Of a stretch of 64,000 nucleotides of DNA, positions 1-13,489 are shown piece by piece. The number at the start of each line of letters is the position of its first letter. Position 1 is the first letter of the stretch. Made by a program: the position numbers and the translations under genes. The notes beneath the pieces are model-generated. The model saw nothing but the letters and a program-made list of their open reading frames with translations. It ran no database searches and was not told the origin of the DNA. The DNA is taken from NCBI GenBank assembly GCA_964016885.1, contig OZ024759.1, positions 32,426,001 through 32,490,000 on the forward strand. Direction: 5' to 3'. Source of the DNA: Eledone cirrhosa (taxonomy: Eukaryota).

Positions 1-120
1 GCGTGTCGGACACTAGTCCTTCATCGGAAGATAGAATGAGAAATAAAAGAAAAAATAGAAGGATTTAGGAAAGTGAGAAGAGGAGAAAGAAACGGAGAAG
101 TAGGCCTGTGTTCAGTCAAC
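1..120 (-). mobile_element. Truncated copy of the hammerhead-bearing repeat family at 13490-13700 (degenerate core)
   Basis: Reverse complement reads ttatttctcattctatcttCCGATGAaGGACtagtGTCCGACAC, versus ttatttctcattctttcttCTGATGAaGGACtagcGTCCGAAAC at 13565-13608. Confidence 0.6.
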
Positions 121-153
121 CATATTGAAACAACATCAACTGTAAATACATAC

Positions 154-637
154 CTGAAAGGCGTAGAATAGAGTAAGGTACCATGGTGGGGTCTCGGACA
201 CGTTGTAGATGAGATCGTTTCGCTGTTGTTCAATAATTACTTCAGAGTTGTTATGGTTGTCTTTTTCTGCCGGTTTCGATTCCAGCAGCTGCCAACCATC
301 ACCACCATCACCACCATCACCACCATCACCACCATCACCACCATCACCAGCAGCACCAGTAATATGTCCGCCATCTTCATCTGTGTAATGGTTGCTATTT
401 GCAGCAAATTTCTCATGAATAAGTTTTTCCATTTCATACATCACTGCCTTACTATTGCTCCTTACTATTTCTTCTTCTTTTTCTTCTTCTTCTTCTTTTT
501 CTTCTTCTTCTTCTTCTTCTTCTACTTCTTCTTCTCCCTCTCCTTCTACTTCTTCTCCATCAATCTCACCTACGTCGCCGCCACCATTGGATGAAGTGGT
601 ATTAACGAAGAGGTTAATGCTGTTGCTGTTGTTGTTG

Positions 638-669
<32 letters not shown>

Positions 670-1092
670 GGTGGTGGTCAATCCATTCGTTGCCATCGTT
701 GGTGGTGGTGGTGGTGGTGGTGGTGGTGGTGGTGACGACAGCGACGACGACGGCGGTGATGCTGATGATGATGATGATGCTGATGATGCTGATGCTGCTG
801 CTGACGGTGACAGCGGTTGCGGTGGCGGTGGCGGTGGCGGTGGTAGTACTGCTGCTGTTGTTGTTGTTGTAATTATTAGCGGTGGTGATGGCGGAGGTGG
901 CGGTGGTAGTTGCAGCAAATGTTTTGGAAGCGGTAGAGGGGGTGTTAGTGATAGTGTGTCTGATGTTGTTGTAGATAATGATGGTGATGATGATGATAGT
1001 GGGGGTGGCGTCGTTGTTGTCATCGAACCCGCGGGCAACGTTTCGATATCCACTGAAATCTCCATCTCTACCGGCTCATTCTTCCGATCCAT
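154..1092 (-). CDS. First coding exon of an SLC23-family (nucleobase/ascorbate transporter, SVCT-like) gene with a long low-complexity N-terminus; gene continues beyond window start
   Basis: ORF 136..1092(-) ends in NDLIYNVSETPPWYLTLFYAFQ, matching the SLC23A1/2 motif DMIYxIEDxPPWYLCxFLGLQ. A CAG|GTATGT donor follows at 154/153 (phase 0, 313 codons). Confidence 0.85.
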
Positions 1093-2040
<948 letters not shown>

Positions 2041-2153
2041 TTGATGTTGTTGATCTTCTTCGTGTGTTAAAGTAATGGTATTCGTATGTACGGGTATATA
2101 TATGAGTATATATATTTATGTGTGTGTATATTAGTGGATATGCATGTAACTTT

Positions 2154-2190
<37 letters not shown>

Positions 2191-2617
2191 CTGTGTGTGT
2201 ATGTGTTTATGTATATATATATATATATATAATGTGTGTGTGTGTGTATGTGTTTATGTATATATATATATGTGTGTGTGTGTGGATCTCCAAGGCTTTG
2301 CTAGTAGAGGTCTAATAAGGCAGGAAATTGATGACAGCTTCTGATGCCAGGGCAATTTACAATTCTTCTCAAATAAATCTCCTCAGTAAGAATATATAAA
2401 GTTAATTCTTTAAATTGTCTTCATTCTCTCCAAAAGAGTCTCTCTTTCACTCTCTTTCTCTCTCTTTCTCCTGCTCTCTCTCACTTACTCTCTCTCTTTC
2501 TCTACCTCTAGCACTTTCGATCTCGACAACCAACAACACAACCAAACACACTGGCAGACGACATCACACTGAGCTAGTTGAAATGGTTGTTTCGTTATAT
2601 ATATCTAAATATGTGTG

Positions 2618-2686
<69 letters not shown>

Positions 2687-2704
2687 GTGTATATGCATAC
2701 ATGA

Positions 2705-2774
<70 letters not shown>

Positions 2775-2792
2775 GTGTATATGCATACATGA

Positions 2793-2870
<78 letters not shown>

Positions 2871-2934
2871 GTGTGTGTGTATGTATATGTATATATGTAT
2901 ATATATATGTATATATATATATATGTATATGTAT

Positions 2935-2966
<32 letters not shown>

Positions 2967-3004
2967 TATATATATATATACATATATATACATATGTATA
3001 TATG

Positions 3005-3035
<31 letters not shown>

Positions 3036-3639
3036 AAAATTAAAACGCGTAGTAGCATAATGATCAAATGCACCGTTTAGATAAGGGAGTTAAATAGAGA
3101 GGGAGAGAGAGTGTGGCTAGAGAGGGATGGAGAGGGAGAGAGAGAGACAGGAGGTAGGAGAGACAGGAGAGTAAGGGCGAGAGTGATGGTAGAAGGAGAT
3201 AGAGAGGTGAGGAAGAGATAAGAGTATCTTAAAGAAGTTAATTAACCTATCATGGCAGTTTCATGTGACCTGTGAACTTTCATTTTTACACCAATTTGTA
3301 GAGGGACAGACAGGTCAAATTTTGACCTGGTCAGTCTCCCAAAATATCGTGTCCTTCGGGGCAAAAACATCTAACATATCACAAATATTTTTTGCAAAAC
3401 TTCAATTTTTAAAAAATGGCTGAAGCAAAGTCACTTTCTTCCTTGTCAAGACAAGAAGATGGGAAGATGAAGCTAAACCTACTTGATCAACAGCTTTCTC
3501 TTCTGATCTTTCTCATTCATCACACCATTCACTTCAAGCTTTCCATAAATTATTGAAACTGTCGTCAAGTACATCAACATATACTCTTGCCAGGTGCAAT
3601 GTGTCCCAACACAGAAGTGCTGCCTAACTCCCACCGTCA

Positions 3640-3976
3640 TCGCCCTCTCCATCTCTCTCTCTCGCCCTCCCCATCTCTCTCTCCCTCCCCATCTCTCTCG
3701 CCCCCTCCATCTCTCTCTCTCTCCCTCCATCTCTCTCTCTCTCGCCCTCCCCATCTCTCTCGCCCTCCCCATCTCTCTCGCCCCCTCCATCTCTCTCTCG
3801 CCCTACCCATCTCTCTCTCGCCCTCCCCATCTCTCTCTCGCCCTCCCCATCTCTCTCGCCCCCTCCATCTCTCTCTCTCTCCCTCCCCATCTCTCTCTCG
3901 CCCTCCCCATCTCTCTCTCTCCCTCTCCATCTCTCTCTCTCGCCCTCCCCATCTCTCTCTCCCTCCCCATCTCTCT
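3640..3976. repeat. Pyrimidine-rich minisatellite (CGCCCTCCCCATCTCTCT)n
   Basis: Directly visible ~18-20-bp units. Confidence 0.9.
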
Positions 3977-4789
3977 GTGTAGTGAGCAAATGTCGATGGC
4001 TGAAGAACTGAGCTTTGCTTTCCATTTGTACGAGCCTCATATCTTGTTGTCCTCCTTGCGCTCATTCTTCGATTTATACCTATAACCTATCTAAATGTCA
4101 CCAACAACGATAGAAGTTCATTGTCAGCCACTGCAGCTTCGACGAACTTATTGAAAACAAATGTTAGTGCATGTAATTTATTTTTACCCTTGTTTTCATA
4201 TTGTGGTATTTGTGTAGTGTCTTGGATAACGTTTATTTAATCTTTTGTTTATTTATGGTGTGTTTTTGCGGGGTGAAGGCCGGGTGTAATATTTTTCTCA
4301 CAGAAATTCATTTCTCGGTCTCTGTCATGTCAGACTAACGATGCTGTTTCTTTTTTTTTTTTTTTTTTTTTTGTTCATAGCTATTCCAGCCGTGACCATC
4401 TCGTGTTGTTTAGTATTTCTGATATTGTATATCTAGAATTACACTTTGTAATACGTCAGTTTTTAACAGAATATAGAGTAGATTGCAATTTGAGGGAGAT
4501 ATAGCTGCTATGTTTAGCAGTGAAAGGCTACCACTTCGTTGGCACCACATGTAGATGTTGTTCATTTGTGTAGCTACAGTTCGGCCCATCTTCAATCTAA
4601 ATTTCGTAACTGTATTTGTTTAACACTCGTTAAGAAACAAATGTAAACAAAATATGGTTATTTTTTTACAATTAAACCCATCTCGTGTTAGGGGGGAAAT
4701 TTATGTTTTTTCTAAGGTTTTTGTCACTCATCACCCTGTCAAATCACACCACACTTATCATAACTTCATACTTATTTCCCTTCTATCAC

Positions 4790-5310
4790 TTCCATTCCTC
4801 CGGAGCAGGGAGGGTTAATCTGTTTGGACAAGGACCAGCAACCTATCTAGAGTTGATGCCACGAAAATTCACCTGGTACAACCCTTCAAGGTGGTTGGCG
4901 AAAAGAAGGGCACTTGTAGAAACCATGCCTAAAAAGACATAAAAAACGTGGCTGGCTTAACAGCTTTCTATCACAACTGCAATGCACCAGCATTATACCT
5001 CGAGATGGATGAGTCAGACCAACTGAACAAAGAGAAAATAGAATGTCAGCGTTCATTGATGAGCCTTGTGCTGCTTTCACCAAGCTAGACAAAGTGAGAC
5101 GGAAGAGAGAGCTGGTGGACGTATTTGCAGCAGAAATACGGCAGTTGGCTATGCTAGCCGAGTTGACAGGGGAAAATCTTGAAAGGGCTGTGTGGGTGGC
5201 ATTCATTAACGGATTCCCCGGTGAGATTTCGGTGAAGATCCAACAGTTGCCGGGCAACATAAAAATGACCAAGAGCGAGCTAATTACACAAGGCCCTACA
5301 GGGACTGCAG
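4790..5310 (+). mobile_element. Degenerate LTR-retrotransposon gag-like remnant
   Basis: Translations ...PATYLEL... and ELVDVFAAEIRQLAMLAELTGENLERAVWVAFINGFPGEI resemble gag capsid-type motifs (ESVDxFaxxIRxLa, AFxxGLP). Frameshifted. Confidence 0.5.
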
Positions 5311-5414
5311 AAGCGGGCAGGCCGCTTAATAAAGTTCGGGGTTAACCACAAAATCGATATGTATATCATCATCGTTTAACGTCTTTCTATCTATATAAAT
5401 GTATACAATAAACA

Positions 5415-5507
<93 letters not shown>

Positions 5508-5788
5508 GCATACATTTATATAAATACACATACTTATATATGTATATATATATGTGTGTGTGTGTGTGTAGATATATAGTTGGTGCTCTTAAGTTTGACA
5601 TGGCCTGAGCCTGTACTGGCCGAAATCTGTATATAAGTTATATATATACACACAAACATGTATATTTATATAGATACATATATGTATACACACTTATAAG
5701 TATATATACACACATATATATATATACATATGTGTGTGTATATATATATATATACACACATATGTGTATATATATATATATATATATA

Positions 5789-5976
5789 TTAGAAAGTGAG
5801 GGTTTTTTTACAAAATGAAAAATAACCGGTGTCCTACACGAGTGAAAGTATAAGGAAAAAAGATGAAATCGAAAATGCAACTGGAGTCTTATTTTTAAAT
5901 AAATATATATATGTATTTGGTTCCTTTACCGGTGGTTTCGCAGTTCTTCTGCTTTTCAAAAGTAGAGTTGAGATGG
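5789..5976 (+). repeat. ~190-bp repeat, inverted relative to the copy at 15702-15885
   Basis: ttagaaagtgaggg...gtagagttgagatgg is the reverse complement of ccatctcaactctac...cctcaatttctaa. Both copies abut (TA)n on their outer side. Confidence 0.85.
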
Positions 5977-6434
5977 AGGGTCTGTGGTTTTTCTCACATC
6001 TCTACGGCATAGATACATATATATGCCATAGTGTAGGCAACCCGTCTAGGAGAGCTACCACTCCGAATAAACTGGTGCAGGGTGGAGAAGCCCCCTAAGT
6101 CCAGATAAGATGACTTCTCTAGTGCTGGTGGTACGAATAAAAGCACCTAGTCCATTCTGTAAAGTGGTGCTGGTGTTAGGAAGGGCATCCAACCAGTATA
6201 TTAATGCCAAATATTATGAGCACAACATACAAATATAACAATAACTACGTAAACAGTAATAACACTAATCACAGTAGTGGGTGAGGGAGGGGGCATGCAT
6301 GTGCAGGTGCAGGCATTTGTGACCGACATCAAGCAATTGCATAACAACAACAACAATAACAACAATAATAATAATAATGATGATAATGATTTTAAATATT
6401 TTTCATTGCAGAGAAAAAGGAAAAATCAACGAAA

Positions 6435-6592
6435 GATGATACATCTCAGTGTTACCACACTTAATGTTGGCACCCTGAGATGTAGCTCTGATGAGAAAGT
6501 GGAGATGCTAGAGAGAAGACGTGGATGCATGCAAGATGTGAGATGGAGAAGTGCCTCAGCAAGACTAATCACAGGCAAGCAGCTTAGCTATA
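6435..6592 (+). mobile_element. RTE-clade LINE AP-endonuclease fragment, truncated at the giant palindrome
   Basis: IHLSVTTLNVGTLRCSSDEKVEMLERRRGCMQDVRWRSASARLI matches the RTE APE N-terminus (TLNVGT...ERR..D..C.QE.RW.G..AR). Confidence 0.7.
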
Positions 6593-8549
6593 AGAAATCA
6601 AGTAGTGGTTTACCCTTTAACTAGGTACTACTGCAGCAGTTGCCTCAAAAGGTAGATGGCATCCGTAGTACTTTTACCTGCCACAAATCCAAACTAAAGA
6701 GGTATGTAATGTTTTCTTTGATCTATACACATACATTCCATTAGATACACACTTTATGTCAACAACTCTCACACTTTGGATCTTGTGTTTATGTGGCTTT
6801 CTGGCACATCTTCACCCACTCAATATGCTTTCTTTGTAATTAAAAAAAATACACATACAAATAGTGTTACCCCTTCTAAGAAACTAAACTAAACCATCTC
6901 GACACTGTATACATACTTTCTAACTCAATTTTCTCTCTATAAACCTCATTCTGTAGATCTTTCTTTAGAGACATACATATAAAACGATATACTCTAAACT
7001 AAGAAAAATATATAAACCGTCTTCTCTATACCTTTCCTTTTTTCTTATAATAAACCTCTATACACAGCTACATTTTATTATCTTCTCTATTTCTTTCACA
7101 CGTGTCCTCTTGTATGTAGAGAGAAACCTTTGTGAGAATCGAACTCATGATTGTAAAGTCCGACAACTTTACATAGATACTTTGCTCATTGATGTCCAAT
7201 TTTTTCGGCGCATGCGTACGTTAGTAAAAATTAAATGGCCGCATGAAGAACATCATGTTTTACAACGTGAATTAAAAAAAAACTTAAAAACTTGGATTTT
7301 ACTAATTTTACGGAGGTAAAGTAAAGCTTTATTTTATGTTGATCAGTTTTATTGAAACATGTTCTGTTTATTTCCCTCCATAATGTCAGAAATAATTATT
7401 TAAACATTAGTTTTGTTTACATTCTAATGTAATACAACACCCCCTCCTAAATATTTCTTGGTCATACGAAATAGTGTATTTTTTTAATTACTATTTAAGC
7501 TGGTAAATAATATATTTCTATTTCCCTTCATGATATCTTCGTATTTTGTAATCAGAGGTTAACTGTTGATCAGTGTTAACTAGATCGATATCGCTTTAAC
7601 CTACAATCATTTATATTCTTAGTTTCTTTCGCTAGAAACTTCATTTACATTTTTAGTTTCTTTTTTCAACACTTCATCTACATTCTTTGTTTCCCTCCAG
7701 TTTTGTTTAGCTACTGCCACATTTATAGGTCATACGAAATAGAATTTAGTTTATTTTCTTTATTATTTAAATAATATATTTCTAGTTCCCTTCATGATAT
7801 CCTCGTGTTTTGTTGTAAATTCGTTTTGGAGGACTTGCTCCTGTCACACATGATGTTGGTTACTATATTCTGTTTATTAATATTAACCAGAATCTTTTGA
7901 GATTTGTCTTCTTAAACGGGGTAAATATTACACCCGTCTCGTTTTGGCCACAAAACTTAGGTTTTGTACCCATGTTTTTAGATATCATGATCGTAATCAA
8001 AGATTAACTGTTGGTCAGTGTTAACTAGATCGATATCACTTTAACCTACGTAACATAGAACTATTTACATCCTTAGTTTCTTCTCACGAAACTTTATTTA
8101 CTTTCTTCGTTCTTTTTCAACACTTCATTTACATTCTTAGTTTCTTTTTTCGTCATTGAAAAGACAACTAAGAATGTAGATGAAGTTTCTAAAGAAAGAA
8201 ACTTAGTTGTGTTTTTTTTAGACATCATCATCGTAATCAGATCGATATTATTAACCAGACCGATACCGCTTTAACTTTTAATCGACGTAACTAATGACTA
8301 TTTACATTCTACTTTATACACTTCATCTACAGTCTTAGTTTTTTTCTTTAAGAAACTTCATATACATTCTTAGTTTCCTCTATTTAAATGTTTTTATAAT
8401 AGAAGACAAAATTGGATGAATTTTATAAAGTTTAACATTCTTTTTAATGATAATGTATGTAAATGACTTTCATTTCTTTTACAGATGTCCATCCTTCAAG
8501 TCCATATGCTGTGTTGTTTGCCGTAACAAGTGGGAATGACCAGGTTTCT

Positions 8550-8962
8550 GTTAATAAAGAAAGTTTACATATTATATACGAATTGTATTCAGATTATTTT
8601 GCCAAAAATGAATAAAGAAAGTTTAGATCGTATATACGAATTGTATTCAGATTATTTTGCCAAAAACGAATAAAGAAAGTTTACATCTTGTATACGAATT
8701 GTATTCAGTTTATTTTTCCAAAAATGAATAAAGAAAGTTTACATTGTATATACGAATTGTATTCAGATTATTTTGCCAAAAATGAATAAAGTTTACATTA
8801 TTATATACGAATTGTATTCAGTTTATTTTTCTAAAAATTAATAAAGCAAGTTTACATTTTATATACGAATTGTATTCAGATTAATTTTCAAAAAATGAAT
8901 AAAGAAAGTTTACATCTTATATACGAGTTGTGTTCAGTTTATTTTTCCAAAAATGAATAAAG
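8550..8962. repeat. ~58-60-bp tandem sub-repeats in the left palindrome arm (about 7 copies; about 3 in the mirror region 9825-10000)
   Basis: Repeated aataaagaaagtttacat..tatatacgaattgtattcag.ttatttt units. Confidence 0.85.
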
Positions 8963-10455
8963 AAATCAAGAGTCAACAAGAAACTGAGAAAGACGTGCTA
9001 CAAAGAACGTAAGTGTTTATGAAGTTTCTAAATAAAGAAACTAAGAGTAAGATAAAGTTTCTTGAAAGAAACTAAGAGTTACATAAAGTTTCTTGAAAGA
9101 AACTGAGAATAATGAAGTTTCTAAATAAAGAAACTAAGAATGCTTTTGAAATTATCGAAAAAAAAATCTATGAAATAAGACCCCCTCTTTTTAATTTTTT
9201 TTTATTAAAGGGAGGTAACTCTGTAATATTTTGAAAGAATTACCTCCCTTTGAAACACCTTCGTCACCGTCGTTACCACCGTCGGCACCTTCGTAACCGT
9301 CGTCACCTTTACCGCCGCCACCTGGTGGCGGAGGAAAAGATACCGACGACGACGGTGGTGCACCACCGTCTTCGTCGGTATCTTTTCCTCCGCCACCAGG
9401 TGGCGGCGGTAAAGGTGACGACGGTTACGAAGGTGCCGACGGTGGTAACGACGGTGACGAAGGTGTTTCAAAGGGAGGTAATTCTTTCAAAATATTACAG
9501 AGTTACCTCCCTTTAATAAAAAAAATTAAAAAGAGGGGGTCTTATTTCATAGATTTTTTTTTCGATAATTTCAAAAGCATTCTTAGTTTCTTTATTTAGA
9601 AACTTCATTATTCTCAGTTTCTTTCAAGAAACTTTATGTAACTCTCAGTTTCTTTCAAGAAACTTTATGTAACTCTTAGTTTCTTTATTTAGAAACTTCA
9701 TCATTCTTAGTTTCTTTCAAGAAACTTTATCTTACTCTCAGTTTCTTTATTTAGAAACTTCATAAACACTTACGTTCTTTATAGCACGTCTTTCTCAGTT
9801 TCTTGTAGACTCTTGATTTCTTTATTCATTATTGGAAAAATGAACTGATCACAATTCGTATATAAGATGTAAACTTTATTTCTTTGTTGGAAAAATAAAC
9901 TGAACACAATTCGTATATAAGATCTAAACTTTCTTTATTCATTTTTAGAAAAATAAACTGAATACAATTCGTATATAATATGTAAACTTTCTTTATTAAC
10001 AGAAATCTGGTCATTCCCACTTGTTACGGCAAACAACAGAGCATATGGACTTGCTGGCTGGACATCTGTAAAAGAAATGAAAGTCATTTACATACATTAT
10101 CAATAAAAAGAACGTTAAACTTTATAAAATTCATCCAATTTTGTCTTTTATTATAAAATCATTTAAATAGAGGAAACTAAGAATGTAGATGAAGTGTATA
10201 AAGAAAGAAACTAGGAATGTACATGAAGTGTATAAAGAATAAATGGTTATTTGTTACGTAGATTAAAATTTAAAGCGGTATCGATCTGGTTAATAATATC
10301 GATCTGATTACGATGATGATGTCTAAAAAAAACACAACTAAGTTTCTTTAGGAACTTCATCTACATTCTTAGTTGTTTTCAATGACGAAAAAAGAAACTA
10401 AGAATGTAAATGAAGTGTTGAAAAGGAACAAAGAAAGTAAATAAAGTTTCGTGAG

Positions 10456-11235
10456 AAGAAACTAAGAATGTAAATGGTTCTATGTTACGTAGGTTAAAGT
10501 GATATCGATCTAGTTACGTAGATTAAAAGTTAAAGCTATATGGATCTGGTTAATATTTGATGACGATGATGATATCTAAAAAAAAACAACTAAGAATGTA
10601 GATAAAGTTTCTAAAGAAAGAAACTCAAAACGTATATGAAGTGTCTAAAACTAAGCATGTAAATGAGGAAAAAAGAATCTAAGAATGAAGGTTCGTAAGA
10701 AGAAACTAAGGATGTAAATGGTTCTATGTTACGTAGGTTAAAGTGATATCGATCTAGTTACGTAGATTAAAAGTTAAAGCTATATGGATCTGGTTAATAT
10801 TTGATGACGATGATGATATCTAAAAAAAAAACAACTAAGAATGTAGATAAAGTTTCTAAAGAAAGAAACTCAAAACGTATATGAAGTGTCTAAAACTAAG
10901 CATGTAAATGAGGAAATAAGAATCTAAGAATTAAGGTTCGTAAGAAGAAACTAAGGATGTAAATGGTTCTATGTTACGTAGGTTAAAGTGATATCGATCT
11001 AGTTACGTAGATTAAAAGTTAAAGCTATATGGATCTGGTTAATATTTGATGACGATGATGATATCTAAAAAAAAACAACTAAGAATGTAGATAAAGTTTC
11101 TAAAGAAAGAAACTCAAAACGTATATGAAGTGTCTAAAACTAAGCATGTAAATGAGGAAAAAAGAATCTAAGAATGAAGGTTCGTAAGAAGAAACTAAGG
11201 ATGTAAATGGTTCTATGTTACGTAGGTTAAAGTGA
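10456..11235. repeat. ~243-bp unit repeated about three times in tandem, only in the right arm
   Basis: aaatggttctatgttacgtaggttaaagtg recurs at ~10472, ~10716, ~10961 and ~11205. Confidence 0.85.
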
Positions 11236-12342
11236 AGGGAACTAGAAATATATTATTTAAATAATAAAGAAAATAAGCTAAATTCTATTTCGTATGACCT
11301 AGAAATGTGGCAGTAGCTAAACAAGACTATCGTCTAAACAAAGAATGTAGATGAAGTGTTGAAAAAAGAAACTAAAAATGTAAATGAAGTTTCTAGCGAA
11401 AGAAACTAAGAATATAAATGATTGTAGGTTAAAAGTTAAAGCGATATCGATCTAGTTAACACTGATCAACAGTTAACCTCTGATTACAAAATACGAAGAT
11501 ATCATGAAGGGAAATAGAAATATATTATTTACCAGCTTAAATAGTAATTAAAAAAATACACTATTTCGTATGACCAAGAAATATTTAGGAGGGGGGGGGG
11601 GTTGTATTACATTAGAATGTAAACAAAACTAATGTTTAAATAAGTATTTCTGACATTATGGAGGGAAATAAACAGAACATGTTTCAATAAAACTGATCAA
11701 CATAAAATAAAGCTTTACTTTACCTCCGTAAAATTAGTAAAATCCAAGTTTTTAAGGGTTTTTTTTAATTCACGTTGTAAAACATGATGTTCTTCATGCG
11801 GCCATTTAATTTTTACTAACGTACGCATGCGCTGAAAAAATTGGACATCAATGCGCAAAGTATCTATGTAAAGTTGTCGGACTTTACAATCATGAGTTCG
11901 ATTCTCACAAAGGTTTCTCTCTACATACAAGAGGACACGTGTGAAAGAAATAGAGAAGATAATAAAATGTAGCTGTGTATAGAGGTTTATTATAAGAAAA
12001 AAGGAAAGGTATAGAGAAGACGGTTTATATATTTTTCTTAGTTTAGAGTATATAGTTTATATGTATGTCTCTAAAGAAAGATCTACAGAATGAGGTTTAT
12101 AGAGAGAAATTTGAGTTAGAAAGTATGTATACAGTGTCGAGATGGTTTAGTTTAGTTTCTTAGAAGGGGTAACACTATTTGTATGTGTATATTTTTTAAT
12201 TACAAAGAAAGCATGTTGAGTGGGTGAAGATGTGCCAGAAAGCCACATAAACACAAGATGCAAAGTGTGAGAGTTGTTGACATAAAGTGTGTATCTAATG
12301 GAATGTATGTGTATAGATCAAAGAAAACATTACATACCTCTT

Positions 12343-12446
12343 TAGTTTGGATTTGTGGCAGGTAAAAGTACTACGGATGCCATCTACCTTTTGAGGCAAC
12401 TGCTGCAGTAGTACCTAGTTAAAGGGTAAACCACTACTTGATTTCT
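12343..12446 (+). mobile_element. RTE reverse-transcriptase fragment at the right tip of the palindrome (mirror copy at 6593-6696, minus)
   Basis: Translates as FGFVAGKSTTDAIYLLRQLLQ*YLVKG, matching the non-LTR RT motif QFGF.PG.STTDAIF.LRQL.EKY. Confidence 0.75.
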
Positions 12447-13020
12447 CTATTTATTTTTGTCAAAATAAACTGAACATGATTTGTATATAAAATGTAACCT
12501 TTTTTTATTAACAGAAACTTCGCCATTCCCACTTGTTACGACAAACAACACAGCATATGACCTTGAAGGCTGGACATCGGTAAAAGGAAATGAAAGTCAT
12601 TTACATACGTTATCAATAAAAAGAATATTAAACTTTATTAAATTCTTCCTATTTTGTCTTTTATTATATATAGATGTAAATAGAGCAAACAAGAAAACCT
12701 TTTCCTACATCGAGGGAGGTAACTAAACTAAGTATGTAAATGAAGTTTAATGTAAATCAAGTTTCTAAAGAAAGGAAACTAAGAATGGAAATGACGTGTT
12801 GAAAACGAACAAAGAAAGTAAATGAAGTTTCGTAAGAGGAATCTAAATCGTTCTATGCTACGTAGGTTAAAATGATATCGATGTAGTTAATACTGACCAA
12901 CAGTTAATCTTTGATTACGATGATGATATCTAAAACAACATTTCGTTCGAAACTAGACGGGGATAATATTGGCTATGATCAAAGACGACAGATCTCATAA
13001 GATTCTGGTTAATATTAAAA
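12447..13020 (+). repeat. Third, more diverged partial copy of the palindrome-arm sequence
   Basis: cattcccacttgttacgacaaacaacacagcatatg... matches ~10012-10100. gttaatactgaccaacagttaatctttgattacg...gattctggttaatattaa matches the reverse complement of ~7880-8025. Confidence 0.8.
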
Positions 13021-13289
13021 TGTGCTAGAAAGTCACATAAAACTACTGAGATTTCAGTTTGACAATCGCCACAGACAGACGAATGTGAGAAAGTTCTCCA
13101 ACCCAAGTTAACTAGGAATCTTTAAAATTCTTCCCACCGAAGTTATTACTGGATCTACCAACTCATAACATTATAATATTATAAAATTAAATCAAAAATT
13201 GTTTTCGGTTCTTATATATTTGATATATATTTTCCTTATCGAGCCCTCTTTAGATTTTAGTCTTCAATTTTATTATTATTACTATATAC

Positions 13290-13468
<179 letters not shown>

Positions 13469-13489
13469 CATACATATATATAGCTTTGC

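Larger units (their letters stand above)
6593..12446. repeat. Giant (~5.85 kb) loop-less inverted repeat / fold-back structure centred at 9360/9361
   Basis: The left end agaaatcaagtagtggtttacccttt (6593) mirrors aaagggtaaaccactacttgatttct (ends 12446). The centre is gacggtggtg|caccaccgtc. Mirrored ORFs 9205..9471(-)/9250..9516(+) and 7110..7319(+)/11715..11930(-) confirm the symmetry. Confidence 0.95.

Noticed and set aside
3400-4090. Coding-like sequence interrupted by a minisatellite
   Set aside because: Stops occur in the plausible frames and no motif could be assigned; probably a decayed TE.
5595-5630. Hammerhead-like GGCC...GGCC-GAAA
   Set aside because: No recognisable CUGANGA box or stem I.
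8484-8544. Exon-like segment (ttacag|...DVHPSSPYAVLFAVTSGNDQ|gt) in the palindrome arm
   Set aside because: No partner exons or recognisable homolog could be found, and the donor is altered in the other two copies.
8550-8962. CRISPR-like regularly spaced repeats (also 44615-45045 and 51290-51597)
   Set aside because: Tandem repeats without unique spacers, in a eukaryotic context with no cas genes.
9205-9516. Mirror His/Arg-rich 88-aa ORFs
   Set aside because: TTG-start by-products of the GC-rich palindrome centre with no recognisable domain.
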